Assembly (NCBI GenBank): GCA_009703125.1
Contig: WLGS01000001.1
Span: forward strand, 29,860-93,859
From: Actinomycetota bacterium
GTDB lineage: Bacteria > Actinomycetota > Acidimicrobiia > Acidimicrobiales > Ilumatobacteraceae
DNA length: 64,000 nt
Reading direction: 5' to 3'
The stretch's first letter is position 1, and every line of letters begins with the position of its first letter. Shown piece by piece: positions 28,449-39,000 of the stretch. A program made the position numbers and the translations under genes. Under the pieces are notes generated by a model that saw only the letters and a program-made list of their open reading frames with translations, did no database searches and was not told the DNA's origin.

Positions 28449-29236
28449 ACACCGTTCGTGACGCTCTCGTCATTGCACACCGCAACATCATTCGTATTCG
28501 ACGAGTTCCCGACGTGATGGCTTTTGTGCTCATTCAGCCATTGATGTTTGTGCTGCTTTTTGCCTATGTATTCGGTGGATCTATTGACATTCCAGGTGGC
28601 AACTATCGTGAGTTCCTTATTGCCGGCATCTTTGCCCAAACGGTTGTCTTTGGTGCAACTTTTACGGGAGCTGGTCTTGCCGAAGATCTTCAAAAGGGTC
28701 TTATCAATCGCTTTCGATCACTGCCCATGTCGCGTTCAGCGGTAGTGGCGGGGCGCACAGCGAGCGATGTTGTCTACAACGCACTATCGATCTTGGTGAT
28801 GTCTGTTGCAGGGCTCATCGTGGGATGGCGCATCAGAGGCTCTGCACTTGATGCAATTGCTGGGTTTGCGCTCTTGTTGTTCTTTTCTTACGCGTTCTCT
28901 TGGGTGATGGCTTGTGTGGGGCTACTAGTGCCCACACCAGAAGTGGTGAATAACGCATCATTTGTCATCTTGTTTCCATTGACATTTATCGCAAACACAT
29001 TTGTTCCCTCCGACAACTTGCCAGGCGTGCTGCGCACAATTGCAGAATGGAATCCCATTTCCACACTCACACACGCAGTACGTGTGAAATTCGGAAACAT
29101 CCCTGCGGGAACTCCTGATCCCAGCGCGTGGCCGCTGCAAAATAGTGTGCTGTACTCGCTCATTTGGGCAATCGCCCTCATCGTGATATTTGCACCGATA
29201 GCAACTCGCCTGTATCAACGAGCCGGAGCGCGTTAA
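28445..29236 (+). CDS. ABC-2 type transporter permease (DrrB-like)
   Basis: Six TM helices with an ABC-2 family pattern. 4-nt overlap with the ATPase gene. Confidence 0.8.
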   Translation: MNTVRDALVIAHRNIIRIRRVPDVMAFVLIQPLMFVLLFAYVFGGSIDIPGGNYREFLIAGIFAQTVVFGATFTGAGLAEDLQKGLINRFRSLPMSRSAVVAGRTASDVVYNALSILVMSVAGLIVGWRIRGSALDAIAGFALLLFFSYAFSWVMACVGLLVPTPEVVNNASFVILFPLTFIANTFVPSDNLPGVLRTIAEWNPISTLTHAVRVKFGNIPAGTPDPSAWPLQNSVLYSLIWAIALIVIFAPIATRLYQRAGAR

Positions 29237-29238
29237 AC

Positions 29239-29268
29239 ATCACCTAGCACATACTTTGGTGCGGTGAT
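29239..29268. terminator. candidate bidirectional hairpin between convergent genes
   Basis: ATCACC-TA-GCAC (atactttg) GTGC-G-GTGAT followed by TTT. It lies between the DrrB-like stop and the TetR stop. Confidence 0.4.
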
Positions 29269-29281
29269 TTCAACAAACTCT

Positions 29282-29926
29282 TTAGGTATCGCTGTTCCCC
29301 AAGTTCGGAACAAGTAGGCCTTTCATCGACTCAATAACTGCCTCTTGCCACACCTGCTGTGCGTGTGGATCATCTGTAATGTCCACGAGCAAGCGGCCAA
29401 AGATGATGGACACAAACCAGTGAGCTATACCTTCTAGTGGCGCGCGCGGATTCATGAGTCCCTTATCCACTGCGATCTGAAGCGTCTCTGTGAGATAGCT
29501 GATTAATTCACGTTGTGCATCGCGAATCATTTCTGCCATTGCAGGATTTGATTGTGCGTCCACAATTGTCGAGGCGCGACGCACACGAGACCTAAATCCT
29601 GTGGCACCACCTGCTTCTGTGGTGAGCAAATGCAGCATGGCAAGTGTGAGCTGTGGATCTTCCGCCGATTCAACAAATGAACGCATGAGAGTATTGGACT
29701 GTCGTACCTCGGCCAACAGATGCTGGGCTTCTACTGCCGCTATCAGCCCGTCGCGACTTCCGAAATGGTGATATGCCGAACTCTTAGAGATTCCCGTTTT
29801 GAGCAATACCCGAGCAAGGTTGAACTTTGCCGAACCCGATTCAGACAATTCTTCTTCCGCAGCAATCATCAAGAGTCTTACCGTCTCTCGACCGTCTGCT
29901 CTTTTTGCTTGGGGTTGGGCAACCAT
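29282..29926 (-). CDS. TetR/AcrR family transcriptional regulator
   Basis: HTH region (FNLARVLLKTGISKSSAYHHFGSRDGL). The ATG at 29926 is preceded by AGGTG. Confidence 0.8.
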   Translation of the reverse strand: MVAQPQAKRADGRETVRLLMIAAEEELSESGSAKFNLARVLLKTGISKSSAYHHFGSRDGLIAAVEAQHLLAEVRQSNTLMRSFVESAEDPQLTLAMLHLLTTEAGGATGFRSRVRRASTIVDAQSNPAMAEMIRDAQRELISYLTETLQIAVDKGLMNPRAPLEGIAHWFVSIIFGRLLVDITDDPHAQQVWQEAVIESMKGLLVPNLGNSDT

Positions 29927-30015
29927 AGGTACACCTATCTTTACATACCGTGAAAACACACACGTAAGTGCAATACCCGTCGAGTCTGAGTATGGCGAAA
30001 CTCACGTCTACAGCA

Positions 30016-33000
30016 CTAGATAATGTCTTGCACCATCAAGAATAAAACGATGAGAAGAACTAGCCCAGCAATTCGGGTAAGCCATGTTTGTTTCCACTGA
30101 TGAGTACTTGACCTACCAAACCAACCACAGATAGTTGCAATCAAACTGGGCACACCCATGAATACAAAACCAATGCGTACCATTTGATCAGCGTTGGAAA
30201 TATTTGACGTGAGAAGTCCACCCCACCACTTGGCGATAAGCAATAACACCACAATCTTCAAGAGTCCACGCGGCATAAATATGTGAAGCGAAGGCACATT
30301 GGGAAGAGAATCTTGCATGAGAGGTACCAATTTGGGAACGAGATACAAAATTGCACCCACCCACAATGCCCAGTTATTGCCTATGAATACCTCAGCAACG
30401 AACACGAATATTGCTGTACGCACGAACGACGAAAACACCACCTGACGCACTGTTGGTTCACACAAGTCCGTCACTGTCATTGCACGAAGTTGCGACGGAA
30501 CAAACACTGTTGCGCCATTTTCAAGTACAAAACGTGCTGCCAATGCAAGTGCAGCTGCAATTTGAATATGGGAGATTTGATCTGCATAGTCCGGACGGAA
30601 TCCGATGAGTCCAGGAAGTGCCGAGAACATTGAGCCGCCAGCCCATGCACCAAACAATGTGATAAGCACAAAGTCGGCTGCGCGATCCCATACACCAGTG
30701 AATCCCTGAGTGGCGAGACGACGGAAAGGTCGAGATGCCGTTGCTATCAGCGGTACCGCAAAACTAAACACAAACATTCCAAGAAGACCACGGATTGAGT
30801 CAGCTGAATGAACACCACCACCCAACAGAACAGCAAGTCCAAAAGTCACCACGGCAACAAAACCAAATAGTGCATCAAACACACTCACGACAACAATCAG
30901 TGTGAGGAGGAACAACGCTGGCATCACAACTTCAAATTGGGTATTCACCGCAGCAACAACACCAGTGACCACACCCAACAACGGGACTAATGCCCACAGA
31001 CTTCCAAGCCACGCGCGCAGATAGGCAGCATCGGCAAAGATCGAGCCCAGAAGTGGTGATTGCCGTGAGATTGTGCGTGGGAAATTCGCCATGAGATGAT
31101 CCATGAATCTCAATCGCGGAATACGGAAAATGTCGCGGTTCTTTTCCGAGTTTTCACCAGTTTCTCCTGCCGATACTTCTGCAACGTCCCCAGAGCCACG
31201 GTCACCAGACCCGTCATTGTCTTCGTCATCGTCATTACGACGACCACCGCCAGATGATGAACCGGCCAGACCTGCAAGCGCAAGAAGTGCAACCATTTCT
31301 CCAAGTAAAGCGACAGTTGACTTGGGCTCCGAGCGGGCATCAAAAGGCTCTTGATCTGTGTTAACAGCATCAGTCGAATTATCGGATGGATTCTCAGATT
31401 CTGTTATCGAGGAAATATCAACAACTACGAGACCAATTGAAACAATTGCTGCGCTGCCACTTTGAGCAGTGCCGCTCAACGTGAGGACGTGATCTCCCAC
31501 TTCAATTCCTGCGGGCAGTTCAAAGGCTTGGGAGAAGGTTCCCTGTGTATCGGTGGTAACTGTTCCAAGCAAGACAGGAGTTGAGTTCACCCAGACTTCT
31601 ACACCACTTTGTGCAGCAAAACCTTCGGCGGAAATCTGAATGGTTCGACCCTTGAATGCAATTATCTGAGATTCTCTACCTGTTATTGCGGGGTCGCTTT
31701 CAAGCTTCTGAGGGGTCAGGCGAACGGTAAACAGACCTGGAATCTGAGCGGTTGCAATATTTCCCTGTGCAATTGTTATCTGCATCTCTTGCAGGGCGCC
31801 GTTTATCAATACAACACCACGATTTGGAGCCACTCGCACTCCCCCACTCATGTCCAAGATTTCCATCGGTGGAATCGTGGTTGTGGTCGGCGGCGTAGAA
31901 GTGGACGTAGCAACAGTGGTAGGCGTTACGGAAACACCTGTGTTCGGAGTATCCACTGGGCGCACCGCAGGAACGGAATTTGGTACATCAACTGTTGGCG
32001 GGTTTACCGGTGCTGGGGAGGGCGCCACGGGAGCGAATCGCTGGGTGATGTCGACGGCAAGCTGTGCAGTGACATTGTGTAAATCGGCTGGAGACAAATC
32101 GAGAACGTCCATCTCAGCATTCATTGCTTCGATTTCTGCGTCAGTGTCGATATCGACATATCCCATTGCCCGATACTCAGCCCCCGTGAGAGCACAGTTC
32201 TGATTAGCAATCCCATCTGCACATACCAAGATCTTTAAGACTGCATCTACTAGTGCTTGCACTTCAATCTGAGAGTCAGTTTGTGCCATGGTCATAGTTG
32301 CGAGGTACTGGTTCACAAGCCCAATGTTTCGGTAATCGACGCCAGTGATTCCAAGAGCTTCAAATGTCGATAATGACGGAATGGTGTTTGTCCCGTCATA
32401 AGACTTGATCACCACCAGCGCATTCGCTTGATTCGTGCGCACGGTATCCACAATGTTCTGAAGCTTTGTCAATGAATTGAGGCCGCCAGTGTTGCCGTTC
32501 AAGTTGCCGATTGCCGCAAGAATCAAGGAAATATTCTCAGGTGTTACCCCGGTGAGCCCCAGCAAACTCAATCTTTCAATTGAAATCTCGCTAAGGGGTT
32601 CATTTCCCGTAGCCAGCAGGAATAAGTCGCTCACAATTTCAGATAGAACAACAATTTCCAGATACTCATCGACTGATGTTCGAATCTTTCGATCAAGAAC
32701 AGAATTCAGTAGCGCCGCCTTATCTGTCGTATCGATAGCTCTGATACCAAAACCCTGATACTCGGCAACTGTCAATGACACGTTGGAGTTCGCTGTGCCG
32801 TCAGCACCAGCGAGCACCGCAACAAATCCATTCACTACAGCAGATATCTCACTCGTGGAATCACTGGCCAAACTGCCAATCACAGCAAAGGCTGTTCTCA
32901 CCGCAACTATGTTGCTTATTGTCACTCCACTGACTTCTGCATTTGCAAAATCCGCCAAGGAAGGTGCTACGGAGTTGGATGACCCATCAAACTGGCTGAT

Positions 33001-36000
33001 TACGAGAATTGCGGCGTCACGTGCTTGTTCCACCGCTGAGGCCACAAGAGTTCGCAACGAACTCAGATCGGTGATAGGTGTGTTGTTCGAATTACTGCTA
33101 CGAATTGCCGACAGAATCGCTTCAATATTGTGACTAGTCACACCTGAGATTTCTAACGCAAGGAAATCCTGTGGTGTCAATTCAGGCGATGCAACAGTTC
33201 CCGAGGTTTCGCCAATAATTCTCGCGACAATTGAAGCAAGCGCTGCTACTTCTGTATACGTGTCGACTGCTTGGGTGACCTTGTTGTCCAAAACATCGTT
33301 GAGGAGCCCAATCTCTGAAGACAAATTGATATATGTAAGCCCAAGTGCTGCATAGTCAGTGGCGTTCAGTGATGCTCCGCCATCTGCAAAACCATTTGCG
33401 GCAGCGGCAACTTTGCTCAATGCATCAACAGTTGTTTGTACCTCAGATTGGGAATCGCTTTCTGACGCGGCAATGACTGCCAAGAACGAGTTCACTCCAG
33501 CAAGATTTGCGTTAGTCACACCAGTAACACCAACATTTGCAAAATCACCAAGTGTGGGAACACCTGTCGAACCTTCATAACTTGCAATTACTGCACGCGA
33601 GTCAGCTACAGCATTTGCGATTCCTGTATTCACCACGTTTTGCAACAGCATGAGAGAAGAAACACCGCTTCCATTGTCCGCTGTAGCAGCAATGGCATTC
33701 AGGACTTCAGCCAAGTTGTTGCTCGTGACGCCAGTAATTCCAAGACGAGCGAGATCATCCGCCGTTAGCGCGGGAGATGGTGTTCCACCAGCAGCAAGAA
33801 CACTGATCCGATTGACGATGGTTGCCAAGTAGTCCAGTTCTGCCCATGTATCAATGGCCGACACTAATGAGACATCTACTACCGAATTAAACAACTGTCT
33901 CTCTGATGCAGTGTTAATCACGCCGAGACCAAGAGTTTGGAACTGTGCGAGAGTGATGGCTTCGACGCCATTTGCAACACCATCAGCCGTATTCAGCAAG
34001 GCCACATATGCATTCACTGCATCTTGTACTTCAGTAGATGTGTCAGTAGCGGAAGATGACAGTTCAGCAATAAGTGAGTTCACAGCACCAATGTTCGCTA
34101 CTGAAACACCACTGATTGCAGCATCTGCATAGGTAGACAACGTGGGCGCCACATTGCTTCCAGTGAAGCCCGAAATAACATTAAGCGCGGCCGTTGCATC
34201 GGTTACGGCGTCATCGATCAGTTGACGCAGTTCGGAAAATGAGTCAACACCAGAACCATCGTCTGGCGTAGCGGCAATGGCAGCCAGTACTGCGGCCAAG
34301 TTTTCGCTGGTGACTCCGGTAATTCCAAGAAGAGCAAGAGACGCTGCAGTCAGTGGTGGCGAGACTGCTGTTCCTGAAGCCGTAGCAAAAATAGAATTCA
34401 CAACTTCTGCCACCGAGACCAGTTCAGATTGTGTATCGACGGCATTACTGGAGAGTTCATCAAGTACATCGTTCATCAGACCAGCTTTTGCCGGAGTGTT
34501 GATTGCTGTTACACCATCGGCTACGTACTGCGAGGCCGTCAGTGCGACATTGTTGTTGTTGTTTGAATCTGCGCCCAGGATTGCAGCGGTCTGCGTAGCA
34601 GTAATGATGCGTGCTGGAGAACTAGCGCTGCTCCCGTTCATTGCCGCATCTGTTTGCACTGCAGTGAAAGAATGTGCGCCTTGGGTCAAGGCAGCGGTCG
34701 TGAATGTCCAGGTTCCACCTGCACCCACGACAGCGGTACCAATAACGGTGGTTCCATCAAATATGGACACGGTGGCCCCTACTTCTCCGGTGCCATTTAG
34801 CGTTATTGGTGACGAAACCACGTTGAACGCAGTGATGGTAGGCGCAGCAGGAGCTGTGGTGTCGATAGTGAGAGAAGCATTGGACATACCAGAACTCACG
34901 TTGCCCGCAACGTCTGTGGCAACCGCATCTAGAGCAAATACGGATTGCGCGAGTGGACTTGCAATTTCGGCTGTCCACGCACCACTCACCGCGGTGCGCG
35001 TCGTCGCTAACGAGAGAGCACCAGATCGCACTGTTACAAAAGCATCAGCCTCTGCCACACCAGTCAATACTGGCGTTGCGGAGTTCTTAATCATGTTGCT
35101 GTTTGTGAATACAGGATTAGACGGCTGTACCGAGTCAATAACGACGACTACCGAAGAACTCAACGAGCTTTCATTACCAGCAACGTCCACGGTTTTCGAG
35201 CGGATCTGGTGAGAACCATTTGCAAAGTCAGCAAGCACTGTGAAGTTCCATACACCAGATGCCACAGTCGCACTTCCCTGGAAGTTTGACCCGTTATAGA
35301 TGTCAATTCTTTGGTCGTTTACACCCACTCCGGAAAAAGTTGGTCTAAGTAGCGATGTGACGCGATCCGTCGAAGAGAATCCGGTGTCTGATGATGCTGT
35401 TAAAACTGGTGTCGATGCAGAAGGTGCCGCAGTATCGATCATCACAGTCAGCCCAGCCGAGATCTGACCGATGTTTCCTGCTCGGTCAGTAATTCGTGCA
35501 GAAACAGCGTGAGTGCCATCGGCAAATGTTCCACTGATTGGTACTTCCACGAAACCTGCCAACACATCTTGTTGAGTAATGACCACTTCGCCAATCACTG
35601 TGTTGGAACCATCAAGAAGCGAGAGTGAGTCATTAGCCACAGCACCAAATGATGCAAGTGAGAATACGAACGTGGGCTGAACAATGTTGGTGACATTGTC
35701 CGAATTCGATAGTCCTGTATCGCTTGCATCCGAAAGATTTGGGGTTGAAGGTGCACCATAGGAAGTTCTATCCACTACAACAGTGATGCTTTGAGAGGGT
35801 GTGCCTCTTGTGCCGGAAGCGGATTCAGCTTGTGCACTGATGACATGGGAACCCTGAGAGAAAATTGAATCAGCTTGAACGCGAATTGATTGTGCAGAGA
35901 TTTCAGAGCTCGTCAGTGTCGAGGTGTGAACGACATTAGATCCACTGAGCAGTTTGATCTTGTCGCCAGCAATAAGTGCATTTCCTGAAATCTGTACACC

Positions 36001-39000
36001 ATCGATTGCAATTGTGAACCATCCGTCGTTCTTGTTGGTGATGTTGTCGCTAGATGAGATACCTGAATCGCTGCTTGCTTCAAGGTCTGGAGCACCGGGG
36101 GTTCCGGGAATTCGGTTATCAATCACAAGCATCAAATCACTCGTAGAAACAGCACTGTTTCCTTCACCTGACACCTTGGCTCGGTAACCATAAGTTCCGT
36201 CATCGAGAGATGACACGGTGAATTCGTATGCACCTGCAGAAATATCTGCGCTGGTCAACACACGCGATGCCACTACCCCACCGGAAAGATCGACTAATTG
36301 GAGTAACTGTCCTGGCTTATGAACGAGACTTCCACTGTTAGTGAGCGCAGTAGTGATACGCACTGTCCGTTGATTCGTGCGACTATCTCCAGGGGTTCCA
36401 GAGTCATCTGCAAGTAACAATTGCGGAACACCTGGTGCCACAACTGATGACAGGTTCATCGCAACTGACCGCGACCTTTCGGTGACATTGGTTGCCGTAT
36501 CTGTTGCGGTGGCTATAAACACCACAAGTGCTGTAGTCCCAATCTGGGTCCAATCACTGGAAGTGAGGGTGTAGGACCAAGAACCAGACACTGGTGTGAT
36601 CGATTTTGTGAGCCCTGCAAATGTAAGCGTCATGGTGGCATTGTTTTCCACTGTGCCCGAAACTGTGACACCCGCATTCTTCTCTGCAATTGTGACGTCA
36701 TCATTTCCTGCAACTGCCGACATCGTCACAACAGGTGGAACGCTGTCGATTCTCCATGTGACACCTTGAGAAGCTATCGAGGCATTGCCCGCAATATCTG
36801 TCGCCACTGCCGTGATGGAGTGGTCGCCATCAAGCAAAGCCACGTCTGTGAAGGACCAAGTTCCATCAGTTGCAACCAAAGTCTTTAACTCGGTGGCAGG
36901 CGAAGAAGAATTGTCATACACAACCACAGTGGACCCTGCTTCGGCCGTTCCAGAAATTGTGGGCGAGACATCGTTCGTAGTTATTGGAGAAGTCCCCGAA
37001 ATCACGGGGGCATTCGGAGCCAAGGTGTCGATTGCAAATGACAAAGAGGCGCTTGGCGCATTTCCATTTCCTGCAGTATCGGTGAAGACACCAGCCAGTA
37101 CTGCAACCGATCCGGTGACTTGGTTACGCCCAACTGCAGGTGTGAATGTGAACCGGTAGACCGTTGATGACACCGCAACAAAGTTTGAAACAGAGCCCTC
37201 AGTTGTCGCAATGTCCGTGATGACAAAGTTAGAAGAGGGTTCACTGAGCGTTGCCGTAATCACAGCTGTTTGGCCAACTCTAAGAGTTGTAGTGACAGAA
37301 GTCAGTGTGATTGTGGGAACGACGTAATCCACCACCAACATCACAGAGGAACTCAAGGCAGACACGTTTCCTGCAGCATCGATGAGTTGCACAGTGACAG
37401 CGCCACCTGCTGCGATTGCGCTCTGTAACGCTGCCGAACTTGAGAGCCCCAGCGAGAATGCGAGAGTTGTATCCGAGGAGCCAATCGAATTATCTGTGGC
37501 AAGGACTGTCTCGCCAAGCAAAAGGTTGGCAGTTCCATTAGTTGCTTGACCCGCGATGATGTTTGCAGATGCAGTCAAGTTCGTTGTGGAAGCCAGAAGA
37601 GTGTTGGCAACGACAGTCCCACCAACAGGTGCAAGGGCCAAGTTCGTCGGAGACGTTGGAGCCAAAGTATCAATCACGATTGCCTTATTGCCCGCAAGCG
37701 ACGAGGCACCCCCGACTGTGGGCAAACTTACCGATGCATCGTTACCAGACAGGTCACGAATTGTCCCTGCATTAAGCGAAAGTGCATTCACTGTCGCATA
37801 ATCAAGATCGCCGCTGGTGTGACCTGCCAATACTGTGTATCGGAATGTGAGCGTGCTTGTTCCTGAACCTGCAACAAATGTTGCACTTGCTCCAGCGGCT
37901 GCATTTAACGCAAGAACGGGTGTGCCACCGCCAGTTTGAACAATGACGGCGTCTGTGAATACCACCGAGATATCTACAACAGATCCGGCCCGATAGGCGC
38001 CGTTCGCTGTGGTTGAAGACACGGAAGAAACCACTGGAATTGCTGTATCAACTGTTGAAGTAACGGTATTGCTGACTTCGTTTGGATTGCCTGCGGCATC
38101 TGTAAATGCTCCAGTTGTTACCGAGGCAACCATTGCAACTGTGGAATTCGATGTTGGAGTAAGAACAAATGAGTAGCTAGTACCAGAACCGCTGAAGGTT
38201 CCCGCAGATCCACCCACAACTGTGATGTCTCCGAGATTGAAGTTGATAGAAGGTTCACTCAAGGTGGCAGTCACGGTCGCGGTTTGCCCTGCGATTACTG
38301 AAGTTCTATTGCTGCTTAACGTGATCGTTGGCACCACGTAGTCAACTGAAAGTGACACTCCGGAACTTGCGAGCGAGAGGTTTCCTGCAAGGTCGGCAAG
38401 TTTCACAGTGACAACGCCACTTCCTGTGACTAGTGCTTGCAGCTGTGCAGTGGTAGTGGCGCCGAGAGTAAATGTTGCAGTTGAGTCTGTGGATGAAATT
38501 GTGGAATCAGTAGCTATCAGTGCACCATCGAGATACAACGTTGCCGCACCACCTGTTGCTTCCCCAGGAATAATTGTTGCAGTTGCCGTGAGGTTGGTGT
38601 TTGTTGCGGACAATTTATTACTCGTCACTGTGCCACCTACAGGCGTCAACACAAGCCCGGTGGGCGCGGTGGGCGCAACGGTGTCGATAATCAGTGCCGC
38701 GTTCGCAGCCAATGATCCGGCCGATCCAGGGCTCATCAGTGTTCTGTTCGCTATGTTGCCCACAACGTCTCGAATAGCTCCACCATTTAATGCCAGTGCA
38801 TCTACCGATTGAATATCAAGATCTGTCGAGAGATCGCCTACTTGCACTGTGTAGCGGAACGTAGCAACTGCTCCTGATGCACTTACAAAGTTTGCAGAAC
38901 GATCAGTCGCCCCTGTCTCCAAGATCAGCGATGGCACACCACCACCAGTGTTAACCGTGATGGCCTCGTTGAATGTCACCGTCACATCAATGATTGATCC

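Noticed and set aside
34277-35212. 311-aa plus-strand ORF (also 39281..40045, 42374..42871, 38408..38812 and others) inside the giant gene region.
   Set aside because: These lie antisense to a continuous 20.8-kb ORF with clear domain motifs. Their translations are low-complexity (A/S/T/V/P-rich) with no recognisable motifs. They are shadow ORFs produced by the codon bias of the opposite strand.
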